Of a stretch of 64,000 nucleotides of DNA, positions 24,716 through 33,804 are shown in pieces (within the stretch, counting starts at the first letter, position 1; each line of letters begins with the position of its first letter). Below the pieces are notes generated by a model. It ran no database searches and had not been told where the DNA came from. It saw only the letters and a program-made list of their open reading frames with translations. The position numbers were made by a program, and so were the translations under genes. The stretch comes from Mycobacteriales bacterium (GTDB lineage: Bacteria; Actinomycetota; Actinomycetes; BP-191), in assembly GCA_036382875.1 (NCBI GenBank), contig DASVPJ010000033.1, forward strand, positions 1,660 to 65,659, given 5' to 3'.

Positions 24716-27700
24716 ATGTCCGGACGGCTGTGCCGCGGTCGGGGGTCGCGCGACCAGGCGGTGCGCACGCGTGCCAGGGCACTCCTGGTCGTCGGCGGCG
24801 CGCTCGGGCTCGGCGGTGTGTTCGCCGTCGTGGCCCAGGGCGCCACGCCGCCCGCGTACGCCGCGACGGCGTCGATCGCCCCCGCGCTCTACTACATCGG
24901 CGACAGCACCGGCTCGAACTACGTCTTCACGGTGAAGAACACCGGCACGACGACGAAGATCGGCGCGGTCGAGATCACCCGCCCCAGCACCTACTGGACC
25001 GTCAACGGCTGCGTCGCGCCGTACGGCTGGGCCGCCCAGCTCGCCGACACCAAGTGCCGCTTCCGCGCGTCCAACTCCAGCTTCTTCATCGCCGCGAACG
25101 GCGCCTCCAAGAACTTCACGGTCAAGGCCAAGACCGCGGCCGGCAACGTCGACCGCGTCGGCACCTGGCCGGTCATCGTGAGCGCGAGCAGCCAGTTCGA
25201 CAACACCAGCCTGCTCAAGTACGCCTCGCCCGCGGGCGGCGGCCTCACGACCAAGCTGCACACGTTCGAGCTGATCACCGCCGTCGTCTCCGACACGGCG
25301 AAGACGCCCGGCACCGCGTGCCCGGCGGCGAACAAGGACGCGGTCGTCGGCTCGCAGAAGACGATCGTGGTCTGCGGCCGCAACCGCGCCAACGTCGCGC
25401 TGCTCCCGTCGAGCGCGTACTCGTCGTTGAGCGGCACCTTCGTCAAGACGGCGGGGACGTTCTCCTCCGGCGTCATCCAGCCGAACAGTGCCAACGTCGT
25501 CCTCGCGCAGTGGGTCAACACCACCGTCAGCGACGTCTTCGGCTCCGGCAAGAAGGTCGTCACCAAGGTCGGCGCGCGCAGCGACCGCACGTCGCCGCTG
25601 CGGACGTTCACCGGTTACAACGCCACCAGCTCGCCGCCGGTGGCGGTCGACGACTCGGGCTACTCGGTCAACGAGGACGCGCAGCTCTCGGTCCCGGCGG
25701 ACGGCGTGCTCGGCAACGACACCGACGCCGAGAACGACCCGCTGACGGCGGTCGACGCCACCGACCCGGCGCACGGCACCGTGGCGCTGAACGCCGACGG
25801 CTCCTTCACCTACACGCCCGACCCCGACTACGCCGGCCCGGACTCGTTCCAGTACAAGGCGTACGACACGCACAGCAAGTCCGGCAGCGCGACCGTGTCG
25901 ATCACCGTCAACCCGGTGAACGACGCGCCGGTGGCGCAGCCGGTGTCGGCGTCGACGAACGAGGACACGGCGAAGGCGGTGACGCTGAGCGCGTCCGACG
26001 TGGACGGTGACTCGCTGTCGTACGCGATCGTGACCGGTCCTGGGCACGGTTGGCTGGGCGTGATCTCGGGTGACTCGGTGACGTACACGCCGGACCCGAA
26101 CTACTTCGGTGGGGACTCGTTCCAGTACAAGGCGACGGACGGCACGGCGGACTCGGCGCCGGTGACGGTGACGTTGACGGTGACGTCGGTGAACGACGTG
26201 CCGGTGGCGGATGACGAGGCGTACGCGACGGACGAGGACACGCAGCTCGCGGTCACGGCGCCGGGTGTGCTGGACGGTGACACGGACGTGGAGTCGTCGC
26301 CGTTGACGGCGGTGCTGGTGTCCGGTCCGTCGCACGGGTCGTTGACGCTGAACGCGAACGGTTCGTTCACGTACACGCCGGCGGCGAACTACTTCGGTGC
26401 GGACTCGTTCAAGTACAAGGCGAACGACGGCACGGCGGACTCGGCCGTCGCGACGGTGGCGATCACGGTCGGCTCGGTGAACGACGCGCCGGTGGCGCAG
26501 CCGGTGTCGGCGTCGACGAACGAGGACACGGCGAAGGCGGTGACGTTCAGCGCGTCCGACGTGGACGGTGACTCGCTGTCGTACGCGATCGTGACCGGTC
26601 CTGGGCACGGTTGGCTGGGTGCGATCTCGGGGAACTCGGTGACGTACACGCCGGACCCGAACTACTTCGGTGGGGACTCGTTCCAGTACAAGGCGACGGA
26701 CGGCACGGCGGACTCGGCGCCGGTGACGGTGACGCTGACCGTGACGTCGGTTAACGACGCGCCCGTCGCGGGCGACGACGCGTACCAGGTGATCCAGGGC
26801 AACGCGCTCGTCGTCTCCGCCCCGGGCGTGCTGGCGAACGACACCGACGTCGACGCGGGCGCCACCAAGACGGCCCTCAACGCGAGCACGCCCGCGCACG
26901 GCGGCGTGACGCTCAACGAGGACGGCTCCTTCACGTACACGCCGGTGACCACCTACACCGGTCCCGACTCGTTCACCTACGACGTGAGCGACGGCACGGC
27001 CACCGACACCGCGACGGTGAGCCTGACCGTCGTCCCGCCGAACGCCACCCCGACCGCGGACGCGACGAGCGCGAGCGGCAACGAGGACGCCGGCGCGATC
27101 ACGGTCACGCTGACCGGCCACGACAGCGACGACGACAACCTGACGTTCGCGGTCAGCTCGCCGGTCGGCGGCACCCTCGGCACCCCGGCCGCGCCGGCCG
27201 ACTGCACCACGACGGCACTGACCTGCACGACGACGGTCACCTTCACGCCGGCGGCGGACTTCAACGGCGCGGGCTCGTTCAGCTACACGGTGTACGACGG
27301 GACCATCTCCTCGGCGCCGGCCGGCGCGACCGTCACGGTGAACCCGGTCAACGACGCGCCGTCGTTCACGGCGGGCGCGGGCCAGACGGTCAACGAGGAC
27401 GCGGCCGCGCAGACCGTCACCGGCTGGGCGACGGGCGTCAGCGCCGGCCCGGCCAACGAGTCCGCGCAGACCGTGTCGTTCACGGTCACGAACGACGACA
27501 ACTCCCTGTTCGCGACGCAGCCGGCGGTCTCGCCGACCGGCACGCTCACGTACCTCCCGGCGAGCGACGCGAACGGCGTCGCCACCGTGTCGGTGAAGAT
27601 CACCGACGACGGCGGGAACGCCAACGGCGGCGTCGCCGAGAGCGCGGTGCAGACGTTCACGATCACGGTCACCGCGGTCAACGACGCGCCGTCGTTCCTC

Positions 27701-30700
27701 AAGGGCGACGACCAGACCGTGCTCGAGGACTCCGGCACGTACTCGGTCTCCAACTGGGCCAGCGCGATCAGCAAGGGCCCGGCCGACGAGTCGGGGCAGG
27801 CGCTGACGTTCGACGTCGACGTCGACACCCCGGCGCTGTTCCTGGCGCAGCCGACCCTGTCGGACACCGGCACGCTGCAGTACACCCTGGCCGCTGACGC
27901 CGTGGGCACCGCCACCGTCACGGTGACGCTGTCGGACAACGGCGGCGTGCTGAACGGCGGCGACGACACGTCCGACGCGCAGACGTTCACCATCACGATC
28001 ACCCCGGTGAACGACGCGCCGAGCTTCACCACGGCGGGCAGCCAGAGCGTCCTCGAGGACGCGGCCGCGCAGACGGTGAACGGCTTCGTCACGAGCACGA
28101 GCGCCGGCCCGGCGGACGAGGCGGGCCAGACGGTCACCGTCGCGGTGACGAACGTCACAAACCCGACGATGTTCGCGGTCCAGCCGACGATCACCAACGG
28201 CACGCTGACCTACACGCCGGCGGCGAACGCCAACGGCGTCTCGACGGTCACCGTCAGCGCGACCGACGACGGCGGCATCGCGAACGGCGGTGACGCCACC
28301 AGCGACAACCAGACGTTCGCGATCACCGTCACCGCGGTGAACGACGCCCCGTCGTTCGTCAAGGGGCTGGACGAGACGGTGCTCGAGGACGCCGGCACGC
28401 AGTCGGTCTCCAACTGGGCGACGTCGATCAGCGCCGGCCCGGCCAACGAGAACACGCAGACCGTGGCGTTCACGGTCACGAACAACAACAACGGGCTGTT
28501 CCTGACCCAGCCGACGATCTCGCCGACCGGCACGCTGGTGTACGCCGCGGCGGCCAACAAGTACGGCACCGCGACGGTGACCGTCGTGCTGAAGGACAGC
28601 GGCGGCACCGCGAACAGCGGCGTCGACACCGCGCCGACGCAGACGTTCGTCATCACGGTCAACCCGGTGAACGACCCGCCGTCCGCGATCGACCAGAGCT
28701 TCAGCGTGCAGACGAACATGAAGATCTCGCTGAGCGGCCTGTTCACCGGCGCGACCGACACGGCCGACACCGACCAGCAGCCCGGCTACACGCCGCAGTA
28801 CTCGGTCGGCACGATCACCGCGACCGGCGCGAACTGCCCCGGCTGCGTCGTCAGCGGCGTGAACAACGCGCTGGGCACGTTCGACTTCGAGCCGCCGCCC
28901 GGCCAGACCGGCACGTTCACGCTCAAGTACACGATCGTCGACAGCGGCTACCCGACGCCCGGCGTGGAGAGCGCGCAGAAGACGCTCACGTTCACCGTGT
29001 CGGGTGACGTGATCTGGTTCGCCGACGCGACGAGCGGCGACGACGTGACCGGCAACGGCACGCTCGCGCGACCGTTCAAGACGCTCACCGCGGTCGCCGG
29101 CGTCGACGCCACCAACCACAAGGTGTTCGTGCACCCCGGCACCTACAGCACGGCGTTCACGCTCAACGCGGGCGAGTGGCTGACCGGCGCGGGCACCAAG
29201 GCGGCGAGCTTCGACGCGCTCATGGGCATCACCCCGCCGGCCGGGACCATCGCTCGCCCGTCGATCAACGGCACCAACCCGACGGTGTCGGGCGCGGTCA
29301 CGCTGGGCTCGGGCAACACCCTGCGCGGCGTCGACCTCACGGGTGCGACGGCGCTGAGCGGCAGCAACTTCGGGACCCTGACGCTGGGCTCGGGGCTCAG
29401 CACCGACGTGCGGCTGAACAGCACCGGCCAGGCGCTGAACCTTAACACCGGCACGATCAGTGGTGACCTCCTCTCGACCACGTCCACCGGCAGCGCCGCG
29501 GACAACGTCAACCTGACGACCGTCTCGACGACCGGCACCTCGCTCGGCACCGGCGCGCTCTCCGGCGCGACCGGCGACGCCCTGGAGATCAACGGCGGCA
29601 CGGGCTCGTTCAGCTACGCCGGCACGGTCACCAACACGTCGGCCGGCCGGGCCGTCGCGATCCTGAACAAGACCGGCACCTCCACGGTCGCGCTGTCCGG
29701 CGCGGTCAACGACAACAGCGGCGCAGGCGTCGCGATGACCGGCAACAGCAGCGGCACCACGGTGAGCCTCACCGGCGGCGTCGTGCTCAGCTCCGGCACG
29801 CAGCCCGCGTTCGTGGCGACCGGGGCCGGCACGGTGTCGGTCACCGGCGCGACGAACACCATCACCAGCACGACCGGCACGCCGCTGAACATCACGAACG
29901 TCTCGATCGGCGCGGCCGACGTGACGTTCCAGAGCATCAGCGCGAACGGCGCCGCGAGCGGCATCGTGCTGGACAACACCGGCAGCGCCGGCAACTTCGC
30001 CCTGACCGGCACCGGCACGACCGCCGGTTCGGGCGGCACCATCCAGAACGGCACCGGCGGCGACCTCACGTCGAACCAGTGCGCCGCGGTGTCGTCCACG
30101 GCGGGCACCGGCATCTTCCTGAGGAACACCCGCGACGCGTCGCTGAAGAACATGAACCTCAGCAACTTCTCGAACTTCGCGGTCCTCGGCTACGACGTCA
30201 CGAACCTCACGATGGACCGGTTCTCCGTCACCGGCACGAACGGCAGCAACTCGAGCCAGGACGAGGACAGCGTCCACTTCTGCAACCTGCTGGGCTCGGC
30301 GACGATCTCGAACTCGACCATCAACGGCGGCTTCGAGAACAGCCTCCGCGTCTACAACACGAGCGGCACGCTGAACAGGCTGACGGTGTCGGCGACGACG
30401 CTGGCCACCCGTTCGGCGACGACCGACGCGGACGACGCGTTCCTCGCGACGGCGTTCAACACCGCCACGATGAACGTCACGTTGAGCAACGTCACCGCGA
30501 CCACCGCGCGCGGCGACCTGGTCCAGTACGCGCTGGGCGACAACTCGACCGGTGACCTGGTCATCCAGAACAGCACGTTCACCAACAACCACCCGGCGAT
30601 GCTGGGCGGCGGCGGCGGCGTGACCCTGGGCGCGGGCTCGGCGAGCACGTCGGTGAGCACGAACTTCACCTACAGCGTCACGAACAACTCGTTCAGGGAC

Positions 30701-31309
30701 GCGGTCGGCAACGGGCTCACGCTGTTCCTCGGCAACGGCACCGCGTCGGGCACCATCGCGAGCAACACGTTCGGTGTCAGCGGGGTGCAGAAGTCGGCCG
30801 GCGCCGCGAGCGGCATCGCCGTGACGAAGATCAAGGGCGGGACCGGCAAGGTGTCGATCCTGAACAACACGATCCGCTCCTACGGCGCGGACGCCGGCAT
30901 CCGCGTCCTCGCGAACGACGGCAACCCGACGCTGCGCGCCACGATCACCGGGAACTCGGTCACCGAGCCGAGCACGGCGGCGGGCAGCCCGTCCTTCGCC
31001 GGCATCACGGTGGAGCCGGGCGCGACCGGGACGGACAACGTCACGATGTGCCTGGACCTCGGCGGTGCCGGTGCGCTCCAGAACTCCGTCAGCAACGGTG
31101 ACCCGTCGAACTTCAACGACATCAACCTGCCGCTGAACGGCAACACGACGGTGGACCTGCCCGGCTACGCCGGCGGGACCACCGACACGACCGCGGTCGG
31201 CAACTACCTGAAGGCCCGCAACAGCGGCGACGGCACGCCGACCGTGTTCGTGAGCAACAGCTTCGTCGGCACCTCGAGCTTCACGCACGTCGCCTCGAAC
31301 TGCCTCTGA
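24716..31309 (+). CDS. Giant (2197 aa) secreted repeat protein: Sec signal, N-terminal domain, about 11 cadherin-like/Ig (tandem-95 type) repeats, C-terminal right-handed beta-helix region
   Basis: ATG at 24716 after GGGAGCAGGGGG. Signal ...ALLVVGGALGLGGVFAVVAQGATPPAYA. Repeats end in VNDAP/VNDVP/VNDPP junctions and carry the internal motifs NEDT/LGNDTD, GSFTYTP and DSFxYK. The last ~800 aa are G/N/T/S-rich with parallel-beta-helix-like periodicity (NSxxxNN, GGG turns). No C-terminal sorting signal. Confidence 0.9.
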   Translation: MSGRLCRGRGSRDQAVRTRARALLVVGGALGLGGVFAVVAQGATPPAYAATASIAPALYYIGDSTGSNYVFTVKNTGTTTKIGAVEITRPSTYWTVNGCVAPYGWAAQLADTKCRFRASNSSFFIAANGASKNFTVKAKTAAGNVDRVGTWPVIVSASSQFDNTSLLKYASPAGGGLTTKLHTFELITAVVSDTAKTPGTACPAANKDAVVGSQKTIVVCGRNRANVALLPSSAYSSLSGTFVKTAGTFSSGVIQPNSANVVLAQWVNTTVSDVFGSGKKVVTKVGARSDRTSPLRTFTGYNATSSPPVAVDDSGYSVNEDAQLSVPADGVLGNDTDAENDPLTAVDATDPAHGTVALNADGSFTYTPDPDYAGPDSFQYKAYDTHSKSGSATVSITVNPVNDAPVAQPVSASTNEDTAKAVTLSASDVDGDSLSYAIVTGPGHGWLGVISGDSVTYTPDPNYFGGDSFQYKATDGTADSAPVTVTLTVTSVNDVPVADDEAYATDEDTQLAVTAPGVLDGDTDVESSPLTAVLVSGPSHGSLTLNANGSFTYTPAANYFGADSFKYKANDGTADSAVATVAITVGSVNDAPVAQPVSASTNEDTAKAVTFSASDVDGDSLSYAIVTGPGHGWLGAISGNSVTYTPDPNYFGGDSFQYKATDGTADSAPVTVTLTVTSVNDAPVAGDDAYQVIQGNALVVSAPGVLANDTDVDAGATKTALNASTPAHGGVTLNEDGSFTYTPVTTYTGPDSFTYDVSDGTATDTATVSLTVVPPNATPTADATSASGNEDAGAITVTLTGHDSDDDNLTFAVSSPVGGTLGTPAAPADCTTTALTCTTTVTFTPAADFNGAGSFSYTVYDGTISSAPAGATVTVNPVNDAPSFTAGAGQTVNEDAAAQTVTGWATGVSAGPANESAQTVSFTVTNDDNSLFATQPAVSPTGTLTYLPASDANGVATVSVKITDDGGNANGGVAESAVQTFTITVTAVNDAPSFLKGDDQTVLEDSGTYSVSNWASAISKGPADESGQALTFDVDVDTPALFLAQPTLSDTGTLQYTLAADAVGTATVTVTLSDNGGVLNGGDDTSDAQTFTITITPVNDAPSFTTAGSQSVLEDAAAQTVNGFVTSTSAGPADEAGQTVTVAVTNVTNPTMFAVQPTITNGTLTYTPAANANGVSTVTVSATDDGGIANGGDATSDNQTFAITVTAVNDAPSFVKGLDETVLEDAGTQSVSNWATSISAGPANENTQTVAFTVTNNNNGLFLTQPTISPTGTLVYAAAANKYGTATVTVVLKDSGGTANSGVDTAPTQTFVITVNPVNDPPSAIDQSFSVQTNMKISLSGLFTGATDTADTDQQPGYTPQYSVGTITATGANCPGCVVSGVNNALGTFDFEPPPGQTGTFTLKYTIVDSGYPTPGVESAQKTLTFTVSGDVIWFADATSGDDVTGNGTLARPFKTLTAVAGVDATNHKVFVHPGTYSTAFTLNAGEWLTGAGTKAASFDALMGITPPAGTIARPSINGTNPTVSGAVTLGSGNTLRGVDLTGATALSGSNFGTLTLGSGLSTDVRLNSTGQALNLNTGTISGDLLSTTSTGSAADNVNLTTVSTTGTSLGTGALSGATGDALEINGGTGSFSYAGTVTNTSAGRAVAILNKTGTSTVALSGAVNDNSGAGVAMTGNSSGTTVSLTGGVVLSSGTQPAFVATGAGTVSVTGATNTITSTTGTPLNITNVSIGAADVTFQSISANGAASGIVLDNTGSAGNFALTGTGTTAGSGGTIQNGTGGDLTSNQCAAVSSTAGTGIFLRNTRDASLKNMNLSNFSNFAVLGYDVTNLTMDRFSVTGTNGSNSSQDEDSVHFCNLLGSATISNSTINGGFENSLRVYNTSGTLNRLTVSATTLATRSATTDADDAFLATAFNTATMNVTLSNVTATTARGDLVQYALGDNSTGDLVIQNSTFTNNHPAMLGGGGGVTLGAGSASTSVSTNFTYSVTNNSFRDAVGNGLTLFLGNGTASGTIASNTFGVSGVQKSAGAASGIAVTKIKGGTGKVSILNNTIRSYGADAGIRVLANDGNPTLRATITGNSVTEPSTAAGSPSFAGITVEPGATGTDNVTMCLDLGGAGALQNSVSNGDPSNFNDINLPLNGNTTVDLPGYAGGTTDTTAVGNYLKARNSGDGTPTVFVSNSFVGTSSFTHVASNCL
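25916..26198 (+). repeat. Copy A of a 283-nt near-identical intragenic direct repeat (561-nt period)
   Basis: About 96 percent identical by eye to 26477-26759. Encodes repeat VNDAPVAQPVSASTNEDTAKAVT.SASDVDGDSLSYAIVTGPGHGWLG.ISG.SVTYTPDPNYFGGDSFQYKATDGTADSAPVTVTLTVTSVND. Confidence 0.9.
26477..26759 (+). repeat. Copy B of the 283-nt intragenic direct repeat
   Basis: See copy A. The offset is exactly 561 nt (187 codons), so unequal recombination would stay in frame. Confidence 0.9.
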
Positions 31310-31342
31310 CCCCGCTCGCCCGCAACCAGACTGGGAGGCGCT

Positions 31343-31837
31343 ATGGCTGAACCTTTCCTCGGGGAGGTCCGGTTGATGAGCTTCAACTTCGCACCGAAGG
31401 GCTGGGCCCTGTGCAACGGCCAGCTCCTGCCGATCAACCAGAACCAGGCGCTGTTCTCGATCCTCGGGACGACGTTCGGCGGCAACGGCCAGACGACGTT
31501 CGCGCTGCCCGACCTGCGCGGTCGCGTGCCGGTGCACTGGGGTTCGGGGAGCGTCACGCTCGGCCAGCGGGGCGGTGAGGAGGCGCACACGATCACGCAG
31601 AGCGAGATGCCCGCGCACAACCACCTCGTGCAGGCGTCGAACACGAACGCCGACCAGGTCATCCCGTCGATCCTCGCGGCCACGAACAACGCCTACGCGC
31701 CGGTGGGGAACCTCACGACGCTGAACCCGGCCGCGATCTCGAACGTGGGCGGCTCGCAGCCGCACGAGAACCGGCAGCCGTACACCGTGATCAGCTTCTG
31801 CATCGCGTTGCAGGGCATCTTCCCGTCGCGCAACTGA
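31343..31837 (+). CDS. Phage tail collar domain (Collar/MdpB-like) protein, paralogue 1
   Basis: 164 aa. MAEPFLGEVRLMSFNFAPKGWALCNGQLLPINQNQALFSILGTTFGGNGQTTFALPDLRGRVP ... GGSQPHENRQPY is the canonical Collar-domain signature. GGGAGG RBS. No signal peptide. Confidence 0.92.
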   Translation: MAEPFLGEVRLMSFNFAPKGWALCNGQLLPINQNQALFSILGTTFGGNGQTTFALPDLRGRVPVHWGSGSVTLGQRGGEEAHTITQSEMPAHNHLVQASNTNADQVIPSILAATNNAYAPVGNLTTLNPAAISNVGGSQPHENRQPYTVISFCIALQGIFPSRN

Positions 31838-31852
31838 GAGGACCTCGGACAC

Positions 31853-32371
31853 ATGGCACAGCCCTACGTCGGAGAGATCCGGATGTTCGGCGGCAACTTC
31901 CCACCCGTGGGGTGGGCGCTCTGCAACGGACAGCTCCTCGCGATCTCCGAGAACGACACGTTGTTCACTCTCATCGGGACGACCTACGGCGGTGACGGCC
32001 AGGAGACGTTCGGCCTCCCGAACCTCGGCGGTCGCGTCCCGGTCCACCAGGGGCAGGGCCCCGGTCTCCAGAACTACCAGATCGGCGAGACCGCCGGCGT
32101 CCAAGAGGTGACGCTGACGACGCAGCAGATCCCCGTGCACACGCACGCGCTCGTCGCGTCGCAGAACCAGGGGACGTCGGGCAACCCGGGCAACCAGGTC
32201 CTCGCCACGGGCCCGAACGTCCAGCTCTTCCGGTCGATCGCCCCCGCGCTCACGCTCGCCAACAACGTCGTGCTGCCCGTCGGCGGTTCGCAGCCGCACA
32301 CCAACCTGCAGCCGTACCTCGCGCTCACGTTCATCATCTCGCTGTTCGGCATCTTCCCGTCGCCGACCTGA
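31853..32371 (+). CDS. Phage tail collar domain protein, paralogue 2
   Basis: 172 aa. MAQPYVGEIRMFGGNFPPVGWALCNGQLLAISENDTLFTLIGTTYGGDGQETFGLPNLGGRVP ... GGSQPHTNLQPY. 15 nt after paralogue 1. Confidence 0.92.
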   Translation: MAQPYVGEIRMFGGNFPPVGWALCNGQLLAISENDTLFTLIGTTYGGDGQETFGLPNLGGRVPVHQGQGPGLQNYQIGETAGVQEVTLTTQQIPVHTHALVASQNQGTSGNPGNQVLATGPNVQLFRSIAPALTLANNVVLPVGGSQPHTNLQPYLALTFIISLFGIFPSPT

Positions 32372-32401
32372 TCTCGCTCCCATGCCTTAGGAGGGCATCG
32401 A

Positions 32402-32920
32402 ATGGCTGACCCGTTTGTCGCCGAGATCAGGATCTTCTGCGGCAACTTCCCGCCGACCGGCTGGGCGTTCTGCAACGGCCAGCTACTGCCGATCTCGCAG
32501 AACACCGCCCTGTTCTCGCTGCTGGGCACGTACTACGGCGGTGACGGCAAGAGCACCTTCGCGCTGCCGAACCTCGTGGACAACGTGCCGGTGGGCGCCA
32601 CCAACGACAACCAGTTCCCGCTCGGCGCCCAGGGCGGCTCGCAGACCGTGACGCTGCTCCAGTCGGAGATCCCGGTGCACACCCACCTGGTCAACGCCTC
32701 GAACCAGCCGGCCCAGCTCAACGCCCCCGGGCCGGACCGCATCCTGGCGCGGTCCGCGGGCGGCAGCGCCTACCAGAGCAACACGTCGGCGAACCTCGTG
32801 ACGATGGACCCGAACTCGCTCAGCGTCGCGGGCGCGTCGTTCCCGCACAACAACATGATGCCGTTCCTGGGAATGACGTTCATCATCGCGCTCCAGGGCG
32901 TGTTCCCCGCGCGGCAGTAA
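32402..32920 (+). CDS. Phage tail collar domain protein, paralogue 3 (divergent in the RGR motif)
   Basis: 172 aa. MADPFVAEIRIFCGNFPPTGWAFCNGQLLPISQNTALFSLLGTYYGGDGKSTFALPNLVDNVP ... GASFPHNNMMPF. AGGAGG RBS. Confidence 0.92.
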   Translation: MADPFVAEIRIFCGNFPPTGWAFCNGQLLPISQNTALFSLLGTYYGGDGKSTFALPNLVDNVPVGATNDNQFPLGAQGGSQTVTLLQSEIPVHTHLVNASNQPAQLNAPGPDRILARSAGGSAYQSNTSANLVTMDPNSLSVAGASFPHNNMMPFLGMTFIIALQGVFPARQ

Positions 32921-32923
32921 CGC

Positions 32924-33385
32924 GTGGAGGTGTCGCTCCGCGACGCCGGGCCGGACGACCGGGAGCTGCTGCACGCCGTGTACGCCAGCACCCGGTCGCC
33001 CGAGCTGGCGGCGCTGGGCTGGGACGGCGCCACGACGGCGGCGTTCCTCCGGATGCAGGCGGAGGCGCAGGAGGCCGGCTACCTGGGCCGGCATCCGGGC
33101 CTGCGCAGGCTCGTCGTGTCGTGCGACGGCGCCGACGTCGGCCGGCTCTACCTCGCCGACCTGCCGGGCGAGGTGCGGGTCGCGGACGTGGCGCTGCTGC
33201 CGGAGTGGCGCGGTCGCGGCATCGGCACCCGGCTGCTGGCCGAGGTCGTCGAGGGCGCCGCGGGGCGGGTCGTGTCGCTGCACGTGACGCCCGGCAACCC
33301 GGCGATCCGGCTGTACGAGCGGCTCGGGTTCGCCGTCACGGCGTCCGACGAGACGTCGGTGCGGATGGAGAGGTCGCCTAGTTGA
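32924..33385 (+). CDS. GNAT family N-acetyltransferase
   Basis: GTG at 32924, 3 nt after collar paralogue 3. Acetyl-CoA motif LLPEWRGRGIGTRLL and C-terminal RLYERLGF. Confidence 0.85.
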   Translation: MEVSLRDAGPDDRELLHAVYASTRSPELAALGWDGATTAAFLRMQAEAQEAGYLGRHPGLRRLVVSCDGADVGRLYLADLPGEVRVADVALLPEWRGRGIGTRLLAEVVEGAAGRVVSLHVTPGNPAIRLYERLGFAVTASDETSVRMERSPS

Positions 33386-33665
33386 ACGTCGCCTCGTAGC
33401 GCGGCACGCCGTCGGCCGCCGGTGCGCGGGGCACCAGGAAGAGGTCGAGCCGGCCCATCGCGTCGTGCTCGAGCGCGTAGGTGCCCTGCGGCAGCGACAC
33501 CGTGGGCGGCGACGTGAACCACAGGCTGAACGGCTCGCGCGGACCGCCCGCGGGGGCCGCGCGCTCGACGGCCACCAGGGTCAGCGGTGCCGTGCCGTCC
33601 TCGGCCAGGACGGTGAACGACGTCCCCTCGTGGGGCGAGAACGAGTCGGCGGAGAGTTCGGTCAC
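33378..33665 (-). CDS. Small beta-rich protein (95 aa, no signal), paralogue of 33805..34203
   Basis: MTELSADSFSPHEGTSFTVL...FSLWFTSP...LPQGTYALEHDAMGRLDLFLVP...RYEATFN. Converges on the GNAT gene with an 8-nt overlap. Confidence 0.75.
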   Translation of the reverse strand: MTELSADSFSPHEGTSFTVLAEDGTAPLTLVAVERAAPAGGPREPFSLWFTSPPTVSLPQGTYALEHDAMGRLDLFLVPRAPAADGVPRYEATFN

Positions 33666-33804
33666 GGCGCGGAACGCTACACGCGCGCCGGGGCCGCCGG
33701 GTGGGGCGGGCCTCCCGCACCACCCGATCGGATGATCTTGCGGCGTTCGCCGGACGGCGACGGTATCCCCGCGTACGGTTTGCCCGCGGGGTCAGGGAGG
33801 GCTC

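Noticed and set aside
24566-32383. 2605-aa minus-strand ORF, the longest in the track
   Set aside because: It runs antisense to the giant repeat protein and the collar genes. Its translation is Arg/Gly/Ala/Val/Asp low-complexity, typical of shadow frames in high-GC DNA. The plus-strand frames carry recognisable domains, RBSs and G/C third positions.
31343-32920. Prophage or tailocin remnant (three genes usually annotated as phage tail proteins)
   Set aside because: No integrase, terminase, portal, capsid, tube/sheath, tape-measure, baseplate or lysis genes are present in 64 kb. GC content and codon usage look the same as the flanks. It is treated as a domesticated collar-domain family.
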